DNA from: the human T2T-CHM13v2.0 reference genome, Homo sapiens
Assembly: GCF_009914755.1 (NCBI RefSeq)
Contig: NC_060932.1
Length of the DNA: 64,000 nt
Reading direction: 5' to 3' (one strand)
In this document: piece after piece, positions 31,489-44,980 of the stretch
Layout: each line of letters opens with the position of its first letter
Position numbering within the stretch: position 1 is the first letter of the stretch
Translations under genes and position numbers: made by a program
The notes under the pieces: generated by a model
What the model was told of the DNA's origin: nothing
Database searches by the model: none
The model's input: the letters and a program-made list of their open reading frames with translations, nothing else

Positions 31489-31739
31489 TTAGAAGTGCCC
31501 TTTCAAAATGAAGGCAAAACAAATATATTTTCAGACAAATAAAAACTAAGAGAAATTTGTCACCAGTAGATCACACTAGAGAAAAATACTAAAAGTTGTG
31601 CTTCAGGGCCAGGAGGCTAGAACTCACATTCTACTACTTCTTTCACACCCGATATACAGAACTACCTGCTTCATTCTCAGGTTTAAAATGCATACTGATT
31701 TGAGGTTTCTGTCATTTGGTTATACCATTTTGTATTCAT

Positions 31740-32965
31740 CCTTGTCACCATCACCTGCTTAATATTATCCTTTACCTATTTTTTAAAAACTTTAGATCTA
31801 TCAGCTCAATCTTTCTTTCTTATCCAAGTCCAAGCATTGTCTTTAGTAGCTTCACTCTTCTGTAATATTTTCCAAAATGCAAATATATATATATCACCTC
31901 TACTAGAAATAGACAAGAACTATATTCATTGCTTTCAGGATAAAGGGCAAACTTCTTAGTATAGAAAAAAATGGCCAATAAGCATCTGGACCCTTCAACA
32001 ATCACACACTGCTCTCTGGCCATGCTGAATCATTTGCAGTTCCGAGTGTACCATGTGCTCGCATGCTTCCATGTTGCTGAATACGTTACTCCCTTTGCCA
32101 AGATTGCCCTTCAAGCCCAACTTCTACCTATTTTACCTGCCCAGCTTCTACTTGCCATTCACTTATTCAGTTACCAAGTGTTCATTTAATATTTATACCA
32201 CACCCTAAGGGTATAGTACTGACTGAAATAGACATGGTAATTTCCTTCAATGGAAGCCCCAGTCTACTTTTTCTTTGAGGTTTAGCTTACTTTGACTCCT
32301 TACTTCAAAAACACACACACTCTGGAATATGAACTTTCCTCTCTGCCAAAGCCATTGAGGCTCATCTATATCATCAGACTTATTACCTGAACTATAATCA
32401 ATGTTTTATTTGAGCAGCTATCCCATTAGACTGGTGGTTCACAGACTGTGAACCAAGCCATCACAATATGCTGATGAATACTGTGGCATATGTGATATGC
32501 TCAAAGGAAACATAGAATCTATTGGACACAGTATGAACCACTAGCACAAAGAAGTTTATGGTTTCAACATTAGATTACTATGTTTCAATTATGTCATATA
32601 TTTTTGAAGCTGAGCTTTCAATGATCATCATGATCAAAAGCAAGAACCACACAAAAATCAATGTAACAGAAAATGAGGATAGTGGTATCTAATCTGATTC
32701 AAAAATTTTAGAAGTTGTGCACTGCCCAACAGGTGCTAAGTTGTTAGACTATAAATACTTAGTAAGTAGGTTGTTTGGATCCAACTACTTAATAGATAGA
32801 ACTGGTTAGTAATTCTTTTGCCTTAGTGATGCCTGAGAAAATTACCGAGATGCTAAAGTTCAGTCAACTGAGAAAGTTTGGAAACTTCTGTGTGAGATAT
32901 AAACCCAGTAATTAGCACAGTGCTGGACATTTAGTCAATGTGCAATAAATTTATGAGTGAATAAA
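31740..32965 (+). mobile_element. L2 fragments including the 3' end, interrupted by a Charlie element
   Basis: cactgctctctggccatgctgaat...; 3' end ttagcacagtgctggacatttagtcaatgtgcaataaatttatgagtgaataaa. Confidence 0.6.
32432..32890 (+). mobile_element. hAT-Charlie non-autonomous element (Charlie4a-like)
   Basis: Degenerate TIRs (ggtggttcacagac / aaagtttggaaacttctg); transposase C-terminal remnant aatctgattc...gaagttgtgcactgcccaacagg. Confidence 0.65.
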
Positions 32966-33493
32966 CTAATACCCAAATGACAGAGGTTACATTCACAAGA
33001 AAAAAGATAATTGGCAAATGAAATGATGCCTAACACTGCACCCTAATTATAGTTGTCCTTCAAGTCTTAAAAATCCTACAGAAAAATGTGTGGTACTGTA
33101 AATTCCATCACTTGGAATATACACATTTCAAAAAAATCACCATACATAGTTTTAGGCTCCTTCTGATATCTATATCATAAATATTCATTTACATTACTTG
33201 ATTTACCTTTGAGCTTGTAAAAATTGTGGGCTTCTTTGTGAAAACAAATTATTGTTTTCTATTCTTTGCCCCATCCCTGACCAGTGTATTTATTTTTATG
33301 TATATCTATACATTTTCTTTAATAGTAGTGATTCTTTAAAATATTTTATTTCTAAAGAAAACACGCCCATAATTAAAAGATTAAAAAAAAACTAGCGCAT
33401 ATAAGATAGCAAGAGTTCTCCCTACTCTCCCGTACCCAACAGCACCTATTTCAGTCCATAAAGGCAGATACTGTTAATAATTTACTTTACATT

Positions 33494-34145
33494 GCTGGAG
33501 AGGATGTGGAGAAATAGGAACACTTTTACACTGTTGGTGGGACTGTAAACTAGTTCAACCATTGTGGAAGACAGTGTGGTGATTCCTCAAGGATCTAGAA
33601 CTAGAAATATCATTTGACCCAGCCATCCCATTACTGGGTATATACCCAAAGGATTATAAATCATGCTACTATAAAGACACATGCACACATATGTTTATTG
33701 CGGCACTATTCACAATAGCAAAAACTTGGAACCAACCCAAATGTTCATCAATGATAGTCTGGATTAAGAAAATGTGGCACATATACACCATGGAATACTA
33801 TGTAGCCATAAAAAAGGATGCGTTCATATCCTTTGCAGGGACATGGATGAAGCTGGAAACCATCATTCTAAGCAAACTGTTGCAAGGAGAGAAAACTAAA
33901 CACCGCATGTTCTCACTCATAGGTGGGAGTTGAACAATGAGAACACCTGGACACAGGGTGGGAAACATCACACACCAGGGCCTGTCGTGGGGTGGGGGGA
34001 GGGGGGAGAGATAGCATTAGGAGGTATACATAATGTAAATGACGAGCTAATGGGTGCAGCACACCAACATGGCACATGTACACATATGTAACAAACCTGC
34101 ATGTTGTGCACATGTACCCTAGAACTTAAAGTATAATAAAAAAAA
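33494..34145 (+). mobile_element. L1PA (L1PA5-like) 3' fragment
   Basis: ORF2 C-terminus [18 protein letters not shown]...HRMFSLIGGS, then 3'UTR ending agaacttaaagtataataaaaaaaa. Confidence 0.93.
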
Positions 34146-34689
34146 GTTACATTTACAGTTCTCTAGCCCATTTCTAATGTATATGCATAGCTAAGCATTT
34201 TTTTAAAAAATTGTATTATGACATACACGATGTCCATAATTTCCTTGAATTAACAAAACACAATACATCTTGGACATCTTCATATTTCAGTGTTTATAAG
34301 ATCTTCCTTTTAAAATATATAGTGTTCCATTACATAGATGTATTGCAATTTTTTAATGAACGTTTATGTGGGTTCATTTGTTCTTTTGCTAAAAAGACCT
34401 TCAATCCTTTGAAAACTTTGTAAATATTCCTCTAGGATAAATTCCTACAGTGGAAATGATGAATCAAAGGCTAGGCACATTTCACAATTTCAAAAGACAT
34501 TGCCAAAAGTTTATATCAATTAATATCCCAGAAATAATTTAGAAGGATACTAATTCTTTTCAGATTAATTCTGGTTTTACCAACATTTTCAATATTTAAC
34601 CTATTCATTTCTAAGTTAGAAGCCTCTATAGAGAAATAGTGTCAGAAAGACAAAAAATCTTTCATGGTGTTTTCTCAATTAACAGTGTA

Positions 34690-34870
34690 CTTAGTGCTTT
34701 AATTTTGTGGAGAACTTTCATATTTATTATGCCACTAAATCTTCAAAATAATCCTTTGAAATAAATTTTTTGTCTTCTTATACAGGAACCAATTTAGGCA
34801 TAAAAGGATAAATTACTTGTTCAAGATCACAAACATGCTAAGTGGTTATGTTGGGATTCAAACTCTGGCC
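34690..34870 (-). mobile_element. MIR
   Basis: attacttgttcaagatcacaaacatgctaagtgg...gggattcaaactc. Confidence 0.6.
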
Positions 34871-35179
34871 ACATAATGGAGGTCTGATAAAAATAGATAT
34901 TTAAGTTCAGCTGTGTTATGTTCAGATAATTGATAAAGTTTTTGTGACTTAAGATTTTTTTCAACTATATATAACTCTATACTACCTTAAAATTTGTGAT
35001 TTTTTTATTGAAATATATATTTAAAAATTATTTTCTTTTTAAATATTCTAGAAAGCTTAATAATATATAATATTAGTTTTTAGAGAAAAATGACTTTTAG
35101 AGTATAGATGTCCATTTTTTATGACAGCTAATGAATAAATAAGATAGGAAATACTAAAACTTTCTCTGCTGAAAGAGTG

Positions 35180-35400
35180 TTTTGGTTCAGAGGGATGTGG
35201 GTTAGAGCTCTGTTTCTGCTGCTTTCTGTCTGAATGACTTTAGGAAACTTACCCTCTCCAAGCAGTTTATACATCCATAACATAGAGATAAATTTATCTT
35301 GTATTGCTATTAGGAAGACTAAACAAGATCTTCTATGTGAAGTGCCTGGAATATAGTTGGCACTCAATACTGTTGCTGACATTATTATTGTAATTATTAC
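35180..35400 (+). mobile_element. MIR
   Basis: tgactttaggaaacttaccctctcc...gtgcctggaatatagttggcactcaata. Confidence 0.7.
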
Positions 35401-38400
35401 TGTTGAGGCTGCTAATTTTAGAAGTAATTTTCAGAAATAAATACATTTGATAATAGTAGATATTTCCTTAAATATTCATGAACTCTGTCTTTCCTGTGTT
35501 ACAGAAACCACTGTTTATATATCCATTAAGTTTTTTCATTTCTTTAGAATGTATGTAATTTATGTTATAATCATGACATATTAAAGCTGAAAGGGATCTC
35601 ATATTAAAGCTTAGTTATACAGATAAAGACATTTAAGTCCAGGCCTATTAAGAAATTTGCCAAATCAGACTGATTCTTGGTGCCAGAATAAGAATTTGAT
35701 TCCTGGTCTCTATTCTCTTCTATTTAGGTTTCAGTAATTTATTTCAAAAATTAGTGTTCACATTTAAAATATTTTAAAGTAATTTTTAAAATTATAAAGC
35801 AAACATTAAAAATTCCTTTGACATCACAGGTGATTGAATACATATTTCTTCTAACTTCACTGACATGAATCTCTGCCAGTTTTCCTGATGTGTGGACTTT
35901 TCCCCTTTATTATGCGTTCAGTTATTTTTAAGGAAAGATGCCCAGACTGCAATTCTGGTAATTGTGCCCGCTTCTTTAGTGAGACACAACTTAATTTATT
36001 TTGCATTTGTCATACATCCTGTCTCTGTGATATTATGGACACCTAAAAACCTTCATCCAGTAAAACTAGTTCAAATTAAAAACATTTCCATGCCTGCATG
36101 TAAGTTGTTACCATTTTATGGTTGACTAAACTTATTATCTTACGATCAATACAGTAACATAAGGAACTTAGAAAATAACATAGAAAATGAATGGTTTATG
36201 GAGGTAAGAAAGATTGGAGAGATGTTCCACCTTCATACTTTAAAGCATTGGTCCACTGCCAGTACACCACCAACTGCAGAATGAAGTAACAGACACACAA
36301 ATGCCATCCTTGATTTGTATGGTGGTTGCCTGAAAAATAAACTAGCTTCTAACTTTAATTTAATAAAGAACATTTTAATCTCAAGCTAGTTAGACAGTTT
36401 TCCACTGACAATAGCTAAAAATCAATTTAAATATTTATTTACAAGTTGGTTATTTGTAACTTGGGTTATTTTCCCACAGAAGCAATGAGGGTGATTCTTG
36501 GTTTGACAACTGTCAGGAAAAAGCCTGGTATCCCATAAATACCTCTAATATTGTTCTCATATTATGTCAATATGAGTAGTATTGTTCCTATGGAAAATGC
36601 GCTTAACTTTTGAGGAAGAGTTACATCATTTTTAAAGCGTGTAAGTGGTGGGATTCAGAATTTCCTAATGTTTACTTGCTTTTTTTTAGCCATCTATTCA
36701 TCTACTATTGGCAAGTTACAACCATCAGTAGCGAAGATATTGCCTTTCAAATTTAAATAGTTTGGAATTTTGGCTTATGTCTTTAAATATAAAAATGTAA
36801 TTCAAAAGTTTGTATTTTCTGAATATACTCTCCCTCTAAATTTTGTTTCCTTGTAGGTTAAATAATTGTAATTACTACTCACACCTGGAATAATAAAGTG
36901 AGTTATAATGAAAGCAGTAAAGGACATATAATGTGAAGAAATAAACAAAAGATGAAAACTAGGTAGATAAAGAGAGAGGAGAAGAATGGAAAGATTATTA
37001 TCAACTTCGCTCTTTCATACCATAGTGTATACGGGACCATCTCTGAGATTAAACCTTGTTGGTGAACTTACAAGTGTAAGGTTACTCAATGAAGTTCAAA
37101 GAGAAAGGGTTATTGGCCCCAGAGAGCAGTGGTGCCTGGAGCCACTTAAGCACTTATTTCTGTATGTTAACATTTTCTGCCTCAACTCTCCTATCTGCTG
37201 CTGCTGCTACTTCTGCCTATATTTCTGTCTCTTTTTTTACCCCCATGACTGGACTCAAATGAGAATGGGGCCAAATGGGGAGAAAGACCTTTCCTCCTGA
37301 ACTAAGTTAGTTTGACGTTGGAGAAGGCCTCATAAAAAATACTTCTGGATTGTGATGAGAGAAAGTAAAAATGCCTGATTCACTCCATTATGCCTTTCCA
37401 TTGAATCGTCATAAAAAATAAGATGTAAAGTTTTAAGAACAACGGAAAATGGGAATAATAATCAACTATTTGTTGAACCTGGGAAGAATTTCTACTCATC
37501 AAAGAATGTGGGCCATGAGGTAGGAAGGTGGTAAGTGAGTTACATTTCTCCCCTCCCCTCTGTTTCCTTTCCACTCAAAATATAGATTCATGGGGTTTTG
37601 ACAGTGGGAAAGAGGGAATGACTGTGCTCTTAGAGCTGCATTATAAGGAGAGAAGGGCCAGTTCAGTTCCTTACCTCTTCCTCTCTCCTCACCAAAACGT
37701 TTTCTCTCCACCTCTTCCCTTTACTAAAAGACACAAGAGGGCATCTTGCTTGGGAATGTAAGAACTGGATTTTGTATCTCTGAGGTTAGCACTGAAGGGC
37801 TAGGCAGGAGTAAGAAGCTAAACTTATAAGGACCATGAAATTAGTTGTCCTGTGGGTTACAGTTTGCGATTTATCTTTTTAGCAAGGGAAGAAAGGATCA
37901 TAGGTAATTTCATCCAAGAATAAATTCTGCTCTTTTTAGTAAGAGTCAGGCAGGGGTGCCAAGAGATTTCTCCTCCAGTTTGTATATTCACAAAACTTAA
38001 TAAAGTATAACTGATACCTCATTGAGCAATGTTTACAACAACAAATTCTCCAGGTTTAGGTCTTAGAGGGATTCTAATATCTATCTGGGAATCTATAAAG
38101 GCAAACTATGCTGGTAGTACTGGATAGACAACAACTTTTTCAATAAAGGATTAACAAGTAAGAAAAGTACCCTATACATATATTCTGAAACTCATAAATA
38201 CGACATTGCACTCTAGGTGCTGAGAAAAATTAACTTCAGAAAATAATTTCCCCAGGAGTCTAAAGAAAAATTCAAAAATCACCTGCTTTGAATCATTAAC
38301 AAAATTAAAATATGAGTTTATGGAACAATATATAAAAATAATATATTAATATTAGAGAAAACAGAATGAGCTGAGAGGGAGTAAAAAAGGTAAGGAAAGG

Positions 38401-38748
38401 TGTGTAAAAACTAAGGGAAGTCCCCAAGGAATCTAAAGATTCAATAGCATTACTAATAACAGCATTAGAAGCAGTAAGGATAACTGGTATCACAGAAAAT
38501 TGGGCTCATGATGTTGAAGAGATCTGAAGCTGAGAATACATCTGTAATGCAGAAGAAAATAATACAGAAGAGAAAAGGGAGAGATTCTGTTATATACAGA
38601 ACAAATTAAACTTATATGCACCTTTAATATATTTGTTCCCATCAATATGTACATATTCATATATATTATGTGTAGATATGGTATATTTATGTATAAGTTA
38701 CGTAGCAAATGTAGCAGGATAGCATTTTCATATTATCAACATTATATA

Positions 38749-39285
38749 TTTTTTACTTTTAGGCTTAGGGTCACATGTGCAGGATGTACAGGTTTGTTAC
38801 AGAGGTAAATGTGGGTCATGGGGATTTGTTATAGAGATTATTTCATCACCCAGGTATTAAGCCTATTATCCATTAGTTATTCCCTCCTCCCATCCTCCAT
38901 TCTGATAGGACCCAGTGTGTAAAGTTTTCATAACAATGGAAAATAAGACAACAAATAGTGTTGTTTCTATGTGTCCATGTGTTCTCATCATTTATCTCCC
39001 ACTTGTAAGTGAGAATATTCCATGCCATATTCATTAGAGAAATGCAAATCAAAACCACAATGAGATACCAACTCACACATTCAGAATGGCTATTAATAAA
39101 AGTCAAGAAACAGATACTGGCGAGGTTGCGATGAAAAAGGAAGGCTTTTACACTTGGTGGGAGTATAAATTAGTTCAAACATTGTGGAAGACAGTGTGGG
39201 GATTCTTCAAAGACCTAAAGACAGACAGAAATACCATTCAACCCAGCAATCCCATTACTGGGTACATACGCAAAGGAATATAAAT
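38749..39285 (-). mobile_element. L1PA (about L1PA13-like) with a 5' inversion
   Basis: Antisense 3'UTR 38749-39018 joined to a sense ORF2 C-terminal piece 39031-39285 (tcattagagaaatgcaaatcaaaaccacaatgagatacc). Confidence 0.85.
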
Positions 39286-39287
39286 AG

Positions 39288-39576
39288 GTTTTTTTTGTTT
39301 GTTTTTCCTGAGGCAGAGTCTCGCTTTCTTGACCAGGCTGGAGGGTGGTGACACAATTTCAGCTCACTGCAGCCTCTGCCTCCCAGGCTCATGATCCTCA
39401 GTTTCCTGAGTAGCTGGGACTACAGGCATGTACTAGCACACCAATTTTTTTATGTTTTGTAGAGACAGGGTTTCACCATGTTGCCCAGGCTGGTCTTGAA
39501 CTCTTCGGCACAAGCAATCCACCTACCTCAGCCTTCCAAAGTGCAGAGATTACAGGTGTGAGCCACCACACCCGGC
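39288..39576 (-). mobile_element. AluJ (Jb-like)
   Basis: cactgcagcctctgcctcccaggctca...gttgcccaggctggtcttgaactc...gagccaccacacccggc. Confidence 0.9.
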
Positions 39577-39693
39577 ATCATGATATCTTTTAAAACTTTT
39601 AAAATTGAAATATACCTACAAATAAGCAATGGATCATAATTGTGAAGCCTATTTAGATGCTACTCAGGTGAAGAAATCTTAAAAAATTACCAG

Positions 39694-40053
39694 TGATTGG
39701 CTGTGTCCCCACCCAAATCTCATCTTGAATTGTAGCTCCCACAATTCCCACGTGTTGTGGGAGGGACCCTGTGGGAGGTAATTGAATCATGGGGGCAGGT
39801 CTTTATCATGCTGTTCTCCTGATAGTGAATAAGTCTCACAAGATCTGACAGTTTTATAAGGGGGAGTTCCCCTACCAGCTCTCTTGACTGCCTCCATCCA
39901 TGTAAGATGTGATTTTGCTCCTCATTCACCTTCTGCCATGATTGTGAGGCCTCCCCAGCCATATGGAACCATGCGCCAATTAAACCTCTTTCCTTTATAA
40001 ATTACCCAGTCTCGGGTATGTCTTTATCAGCAGCATGAAAATGGACTAATACA
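39694..40053 (+). mobile_element. THE1B/C solo LTR (MaLR)
   Basis: ggctgtgtccccacccaaatctcatcttgaattgtagctccc...cagcagcatgaaaatggactaataca; near-TSD ACCAG/ACCAT. Confidence 0.92.
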
Positions 40054-40669
40054 ACCATCATCCTGAAACCCCCTTGAGAACCTCCCGTTTTCTATTCTTT
40101 CACTTTTGCCCAAAGATCCACTCTTTTGACGTCAACACCATAGTATAATTTTTCCTGTTTTTGAGCTTTATGTAAAAATCATCATATGGTACACACTCTT
40201 TTGTTTCTAGCTTCTTTTACTCAATATAATGTCTGTGAGACTCATCCATCTGTGTATGCAGGTTTAGCCCATTCACTATGATTTCTAGACTGCACTGTAT
40301 AAGCGTATCACCAAATAACTATTCATTCTTCGGTTTATGAACATTTGGGCTGTTGCCAATTTTTGGCTATTAGCATTCTCATAAATGTCTTTTGATGCAC
40401 CTGTGAACACAGTTCTATGGGAGTGAAATTGTTAGGAAGCGTTACACATTCAAATTTAGCAGAATATGTCAATGCTAAAGTGGTTGCAATAATTTGCATT
40501 TCCATCACAAGTGTATCAGTTCCTGTGGCTCCTCAGCTTTGCCAACTTAGCATTTCCAATATTTTCATTGTTAGACATTCTGTTATGGTGTAGAATGGCA
40601 TCCCACTGTGGCTTGAAGTTGCACTTCCATGAGGTCTAATGAGGTGAAGCAGCTTTAAAAATATTCCTT

Positions 40670-42176
40670 GGCTAAAGACAATCCTAAGCAAAAAGAATAA
40701 AACTGGAGACATCACACTACCTGACTTCAAACTATACTACAAGGCTACAGTAACCAAAACAGCGTGGTACTGGTTCCAAAACAGAGATATAGACCAATGG
40801 AACAGAACAGTGGCCTCAGAAATAACGCCACACATCTAAAACCATCTGATCTTTGGCAAACCTGACAAAAACAAGCAATGGGGAAAGGATTCCTTATTTA
40901 ATAAATGGTGCTGGGAAAACTGGCTAGCCATATGCAGAAAGCTGAAATTGGATCCCTTCCTTACACCTTATACAAAAATTAATTCAAGATTAATTAAAGA
41001 CTTAGATGTTAGACCTAAAACCATAAAAACCCTAGAAGAAAACCTAGGTGATACCATTCAGGACATAGGCATGGGCAAGGACTTCATGACTAAAACACCA
41101 AAAGCAATGGCAACAAAAGCCAAAACAGACAAATGAGATCTAATTAAACTAAAGAGCTTCTGCACAGCAAAAGAAACTACCATCAGGGTGAACAGGCAAC
41201 CTAAAGAATGGGAGAAAATTTTTTCAATCTACCCATCTGACAAAGGGCTAATATCCAGAATCTACAAAGAACTCAAACAAATTATCAAGAAAATAACAAT
41301 CCCATCAAAAAGTGGGCAAAGGATATGAACAGACACTTCTCAAAAGAAGACATCTCTGCAGCCAACAGACACATAAAAAAATGCTCATCATCACTGGTCA
41401 TCAGAGAAATGCAAATCAAAACCACAATGAGATGCCATCTCACACCAGTTAGAATGGTGATCATTAAAAAGTCAGGAAACAACAGATGCTGGAGAGGATG
41501 TGGAGAAATAGGAACGCGTTTACACTGTGGGTGGGAGTGTAAGTTGGTTCAACCATTGCGAAAGACAGTGTAGCGATTCCTCAAGGATCTAGAACTAGAA
41601 TTATCATTTGACCCAGCAATCCCATTACTGGGTATATACTCAAAGGATTATAAATCATGCTGCTATAAAGACACATGCACACATATGTTTATTGCAGCAC
41701 TGTTCACGATACCAAAGACTTGGAACCAACCCAAATGTCTGTCAATGATAGACTGGATAAAGAAAATGTGGCACATATATACCATGGAACACTATGCAGC
41801 CATAAAAAAGGATGAGTTCATGTCCTTTGTAGGGACATGGATCAAGCTGGAAACCATCATGCTCAGCGAACTGTCTCAAGGACAGAAAACCAAACACTGC
41901 ATGTTCTCACTCTTAGGTGGGAACTGAACAATGAGATCACTTGGACACAGCGGGAGGAACATCACACACTGGGGCTTGTCGTGGGGCAGGGGACGCGGGG
42001 AGGGATAGCCTTAGGATAAATACTGAATGTAAATGATGAGTTGATGGGTGCAGCAAACCAACATGGGACATGTATACCTATGTATCAAACTTGCATGTTG
42101 TGTAGGTTTGTGTGTACCCTAGAACTTAAAGTATAATAAAAAGAAAGAAAAAAAATACAAAAATTAAAAAATATGT
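40670..42176 (+). mobile_element. L1PA (L1PA6-like), 5'-truncated, ~1.5 kb
   Basis: ORF2 C-terminal pieces with stops, 3'UTR and A tail; TSD ATATTCCTT at 40661-40669 and 42177-42185. Confidence 0.93.
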
Positions 42177-42609
42177 ATATTCCTTTACTGTTTGTCTATC
42201 ATCTTGTGAAGTGCCTATTAAAGTATGTTGTCCATTTCTCCTCTTGAATTGTTTGCATTTGTCTTTTATTTATTTGTAAGAATTCTTTATATATTCTGCA
42301 TATAATCCCTTTGTTGGTTAGATGTGTTGCAAAAATCTTTGCCCTTATGTACTCCAATTTATAAATATGTCTCTTTATAGCAATGCTTCTTTAATATCCT
42401 ATTTTAAAAACATAATTTTCATGAATGTTACCTTATATTATGAATTTTGTTTTTTATCTCTTGTATTTACATCTACTAAAATTGAATTTTGTGTGTAATA
42501 GAAGAGGGATCATGTTTAATCATTCTTGCTGATAGATGGACAATTGACTCAGGCCATTTATTGAGAAGACCTCCCCTTCCCCACTGATCTTTTTAACAAA
42601 TCCAGTGTC

Positions 42610-42886
42610 CATATATATATATACATATATATGTATATATATAAAATATATAATATAGGTATATATAATATATGTATATATAATATATAATATAGGTATA
42701 TATAATATAGGTATATATAATATAGGTATATATAATATATGTATAATATATAATATAGGTATATATAATATATGTATATATAATATATAATATAGGTATA
42801 TATAATATGTATTATATATACCTGTCCATCTATATATAATATACCATATTATATATATAGACACTGGATTTGTTATATATATATTC
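42610..42886. repeat. AT-rich minisatellite (units like ATATAATATAGGTAT)
   Basis: Directly visible tandem variants; bounded by inverted repeats (see findings). Confidence 0.95.
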
Positions 42887-44039
42887 ATGGGTCTGCTGAT
42901 AGACCTATTCCCTTTCAGGAGTATACATATCTATTCTTTGCCAATATCACATGATCTTAATTGATATCTAGTAGGATATCTAGGAGGATAAGTCCTCCCA
43001 TGTGACCTTCAAAGGTGCTTTGGCTAAGCTTGATTCTCTGCATTTCCTTATTAATTTTAAAAACAGGTAGTCACTGTCAACCAAATGTTGGTCGAATTTT
43101 GAATGGTATAGCATTGAATCTGTATTTCAATCTGAGGGATAATTGACATCTTTATAATAGTAAATCTTAATAATGTATTTTCTATTCCTGGTTATTCCTA
43201 TTATTCAATGATCATTATTCCTTGCACTTCAATCCAGGCAGGAGCAAGATAATTCTATGGCCATTATTTCAGATAATACCAGACCAGAAAAGAGATCAAA
43301 AAGTTGTCAATTTTTGCTTTTGAAACTCATGACAGAGCTAACAGTCCTGCAAGAGAAGGTCTTTAAGTCACAAGAGAGTAAGCTTTTTTAAAACTTCAAA
43401 GTCTGAACACTAGAAGACTCAAGGCATCAAGTTGAAGCAAAAGACAATCTTCTGGCTAAGTAGATGAAGAGCCAGATTGCATTACATCCAGACTAATGAA
43501 GATTCCTATGCATGGGGGGAAAGGAAATCAGGGAAGAGCAGAAGGGCTCTGTTGTGGTGAATCCTTGAGAAGGGACTGTATGCTCTGCTGCAATTCCAAG
43601 AACAACTTCTCAGAGTGGAAATGAAACAATAGAATCCCAGGTGCATTTAACAATTCCATGGACAATACGATTTATGCATAACATGCAGGGTGGAACTCAG
43701 AGAAGCAGCAAGCCTTACAGAGTTCCCAATATTTAGCACTTCACAGGAGCAGAAGGAACAGGATTTCAAGGCATGAATGAATCCCTCACTCCTCATTCTC
43801 TGAAAGGAGCTTGGAAATAGAAAATTCCAGATCTGCAAGACCTTGGTTGTAAGCCAGGAAGAGTGAGTCTGTTGAGAAACACTAAATTGAGAATATTCAG
43901 TGAACACATAGTGGCTTGAAATATAATTGTATATCAAATGTAGAAAATTAAGAAAATATACGTGAGTTTTAAATATTGTAACAAGTTTAAATTTTATTAT
44001 TATTTTAAAAGGTTTAGTTAACTAAAATTTACTTTGGGG

Positions 44040-44980
44040 TCCTATATTTATACCACATCAGATATTCTTTGCTAAGCAGAAAAATGTCTTGTTCCTGAAT
44101 GGGAATATAATACAGTAAACATGTCAACTTGCCCCAAATTAGTTTACTGTTTTGGAAAATCATATCATCCCTACTCTGCAGCTCATGGAAAAGTATATCT
44201 AAAATACATTGGAGAGGTAAATATAAAAGATAACACTGTAACATTATTAGAAAATCTGAGGCGTATTTATCTGTTTTGAGGTTTGTAGATATAGCTTTTC
44301 AAGCAAAAATTTTAAAAAATAAAACAAAGTGACTGGTCTTATGACTACCTAAGAAATCTAAAACTTCTTGATATAAAAGTAAAATCTAAAAGTAAAACCT
44401 AAATTTTGATACACAGGTAAAATTTTTAAAAATATTGATATGAAAATAAAATTTACTATGTAACTAAGAGCTAAGGAAGCACCTGAAAATAAATATTTAT
44501 AATATATGTCCAAATTGGAAAGGCAGGAAATAGATAAATACAAAATATTGAGTAAGGTGCTGAAAATATTCAATCTCATACTATTACTCTACTCATCAAT
44601 ACCACCAATAGTAGATAATACAAATGTTTTTGACAACCAGTTTGGAAATAGGTATGAAATGCCTTTAAAATATTTGTTTTGCTTGATCCCTTAAATATTC
44701 TAAGAATAAAGTCTAACAAAATAGAAGTTCACATTAAGATTGTGGTATTATGATCTTAATAGCAAAAATATAACAGCAACCTAAATATCCCACCTAAGTA
44801 CCTGGTAGTAGACTAGCTGAATTCTTTATAGTGCATGTTAGTAGACTATATGCTGCCATTTAAAATTCACATTTTAAATAAGTAATGATGTGGGAAAATG
44901 CTCTCAATACATGTGGGTGATAAAAAATAATATATTGATATACAATAGAGTATATAATCCCAATTTGTAAAACTATTTCT
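44040..44980 (+). mobile_element. Old L1ME fragments (ORF2 end and 3'UTR)
   Basis: ccatatttataccacatc...; caacctaaatatccc; tatgctgccatttaaaa...atgtgggaaaatgctc. Confidence 0.55.

Larger units (their letters stand above)
39580..43200 (-). mobile_element. Old L1ME antisense fragments hosting THE1, L1PA and the AT-rich repeat
   Basis: ttctagcttcttttactcaatataatgtctgtgagactcatcc; aagaattctttatatattctg; attgacatctttataat. Confidence 0.7.

Noticed and set aside
36990-37830. Possible old LTR or exon-bearing segment (also 3620-4130 and 43200-43900)
   Set aside because: I could not match a family or reading frame with enough confidence, so it is left unannotated
42520-42888. 122 aa Ile/Tyr-rich ORF
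   Set aside because: Artefact of the AT-rich minisatellite
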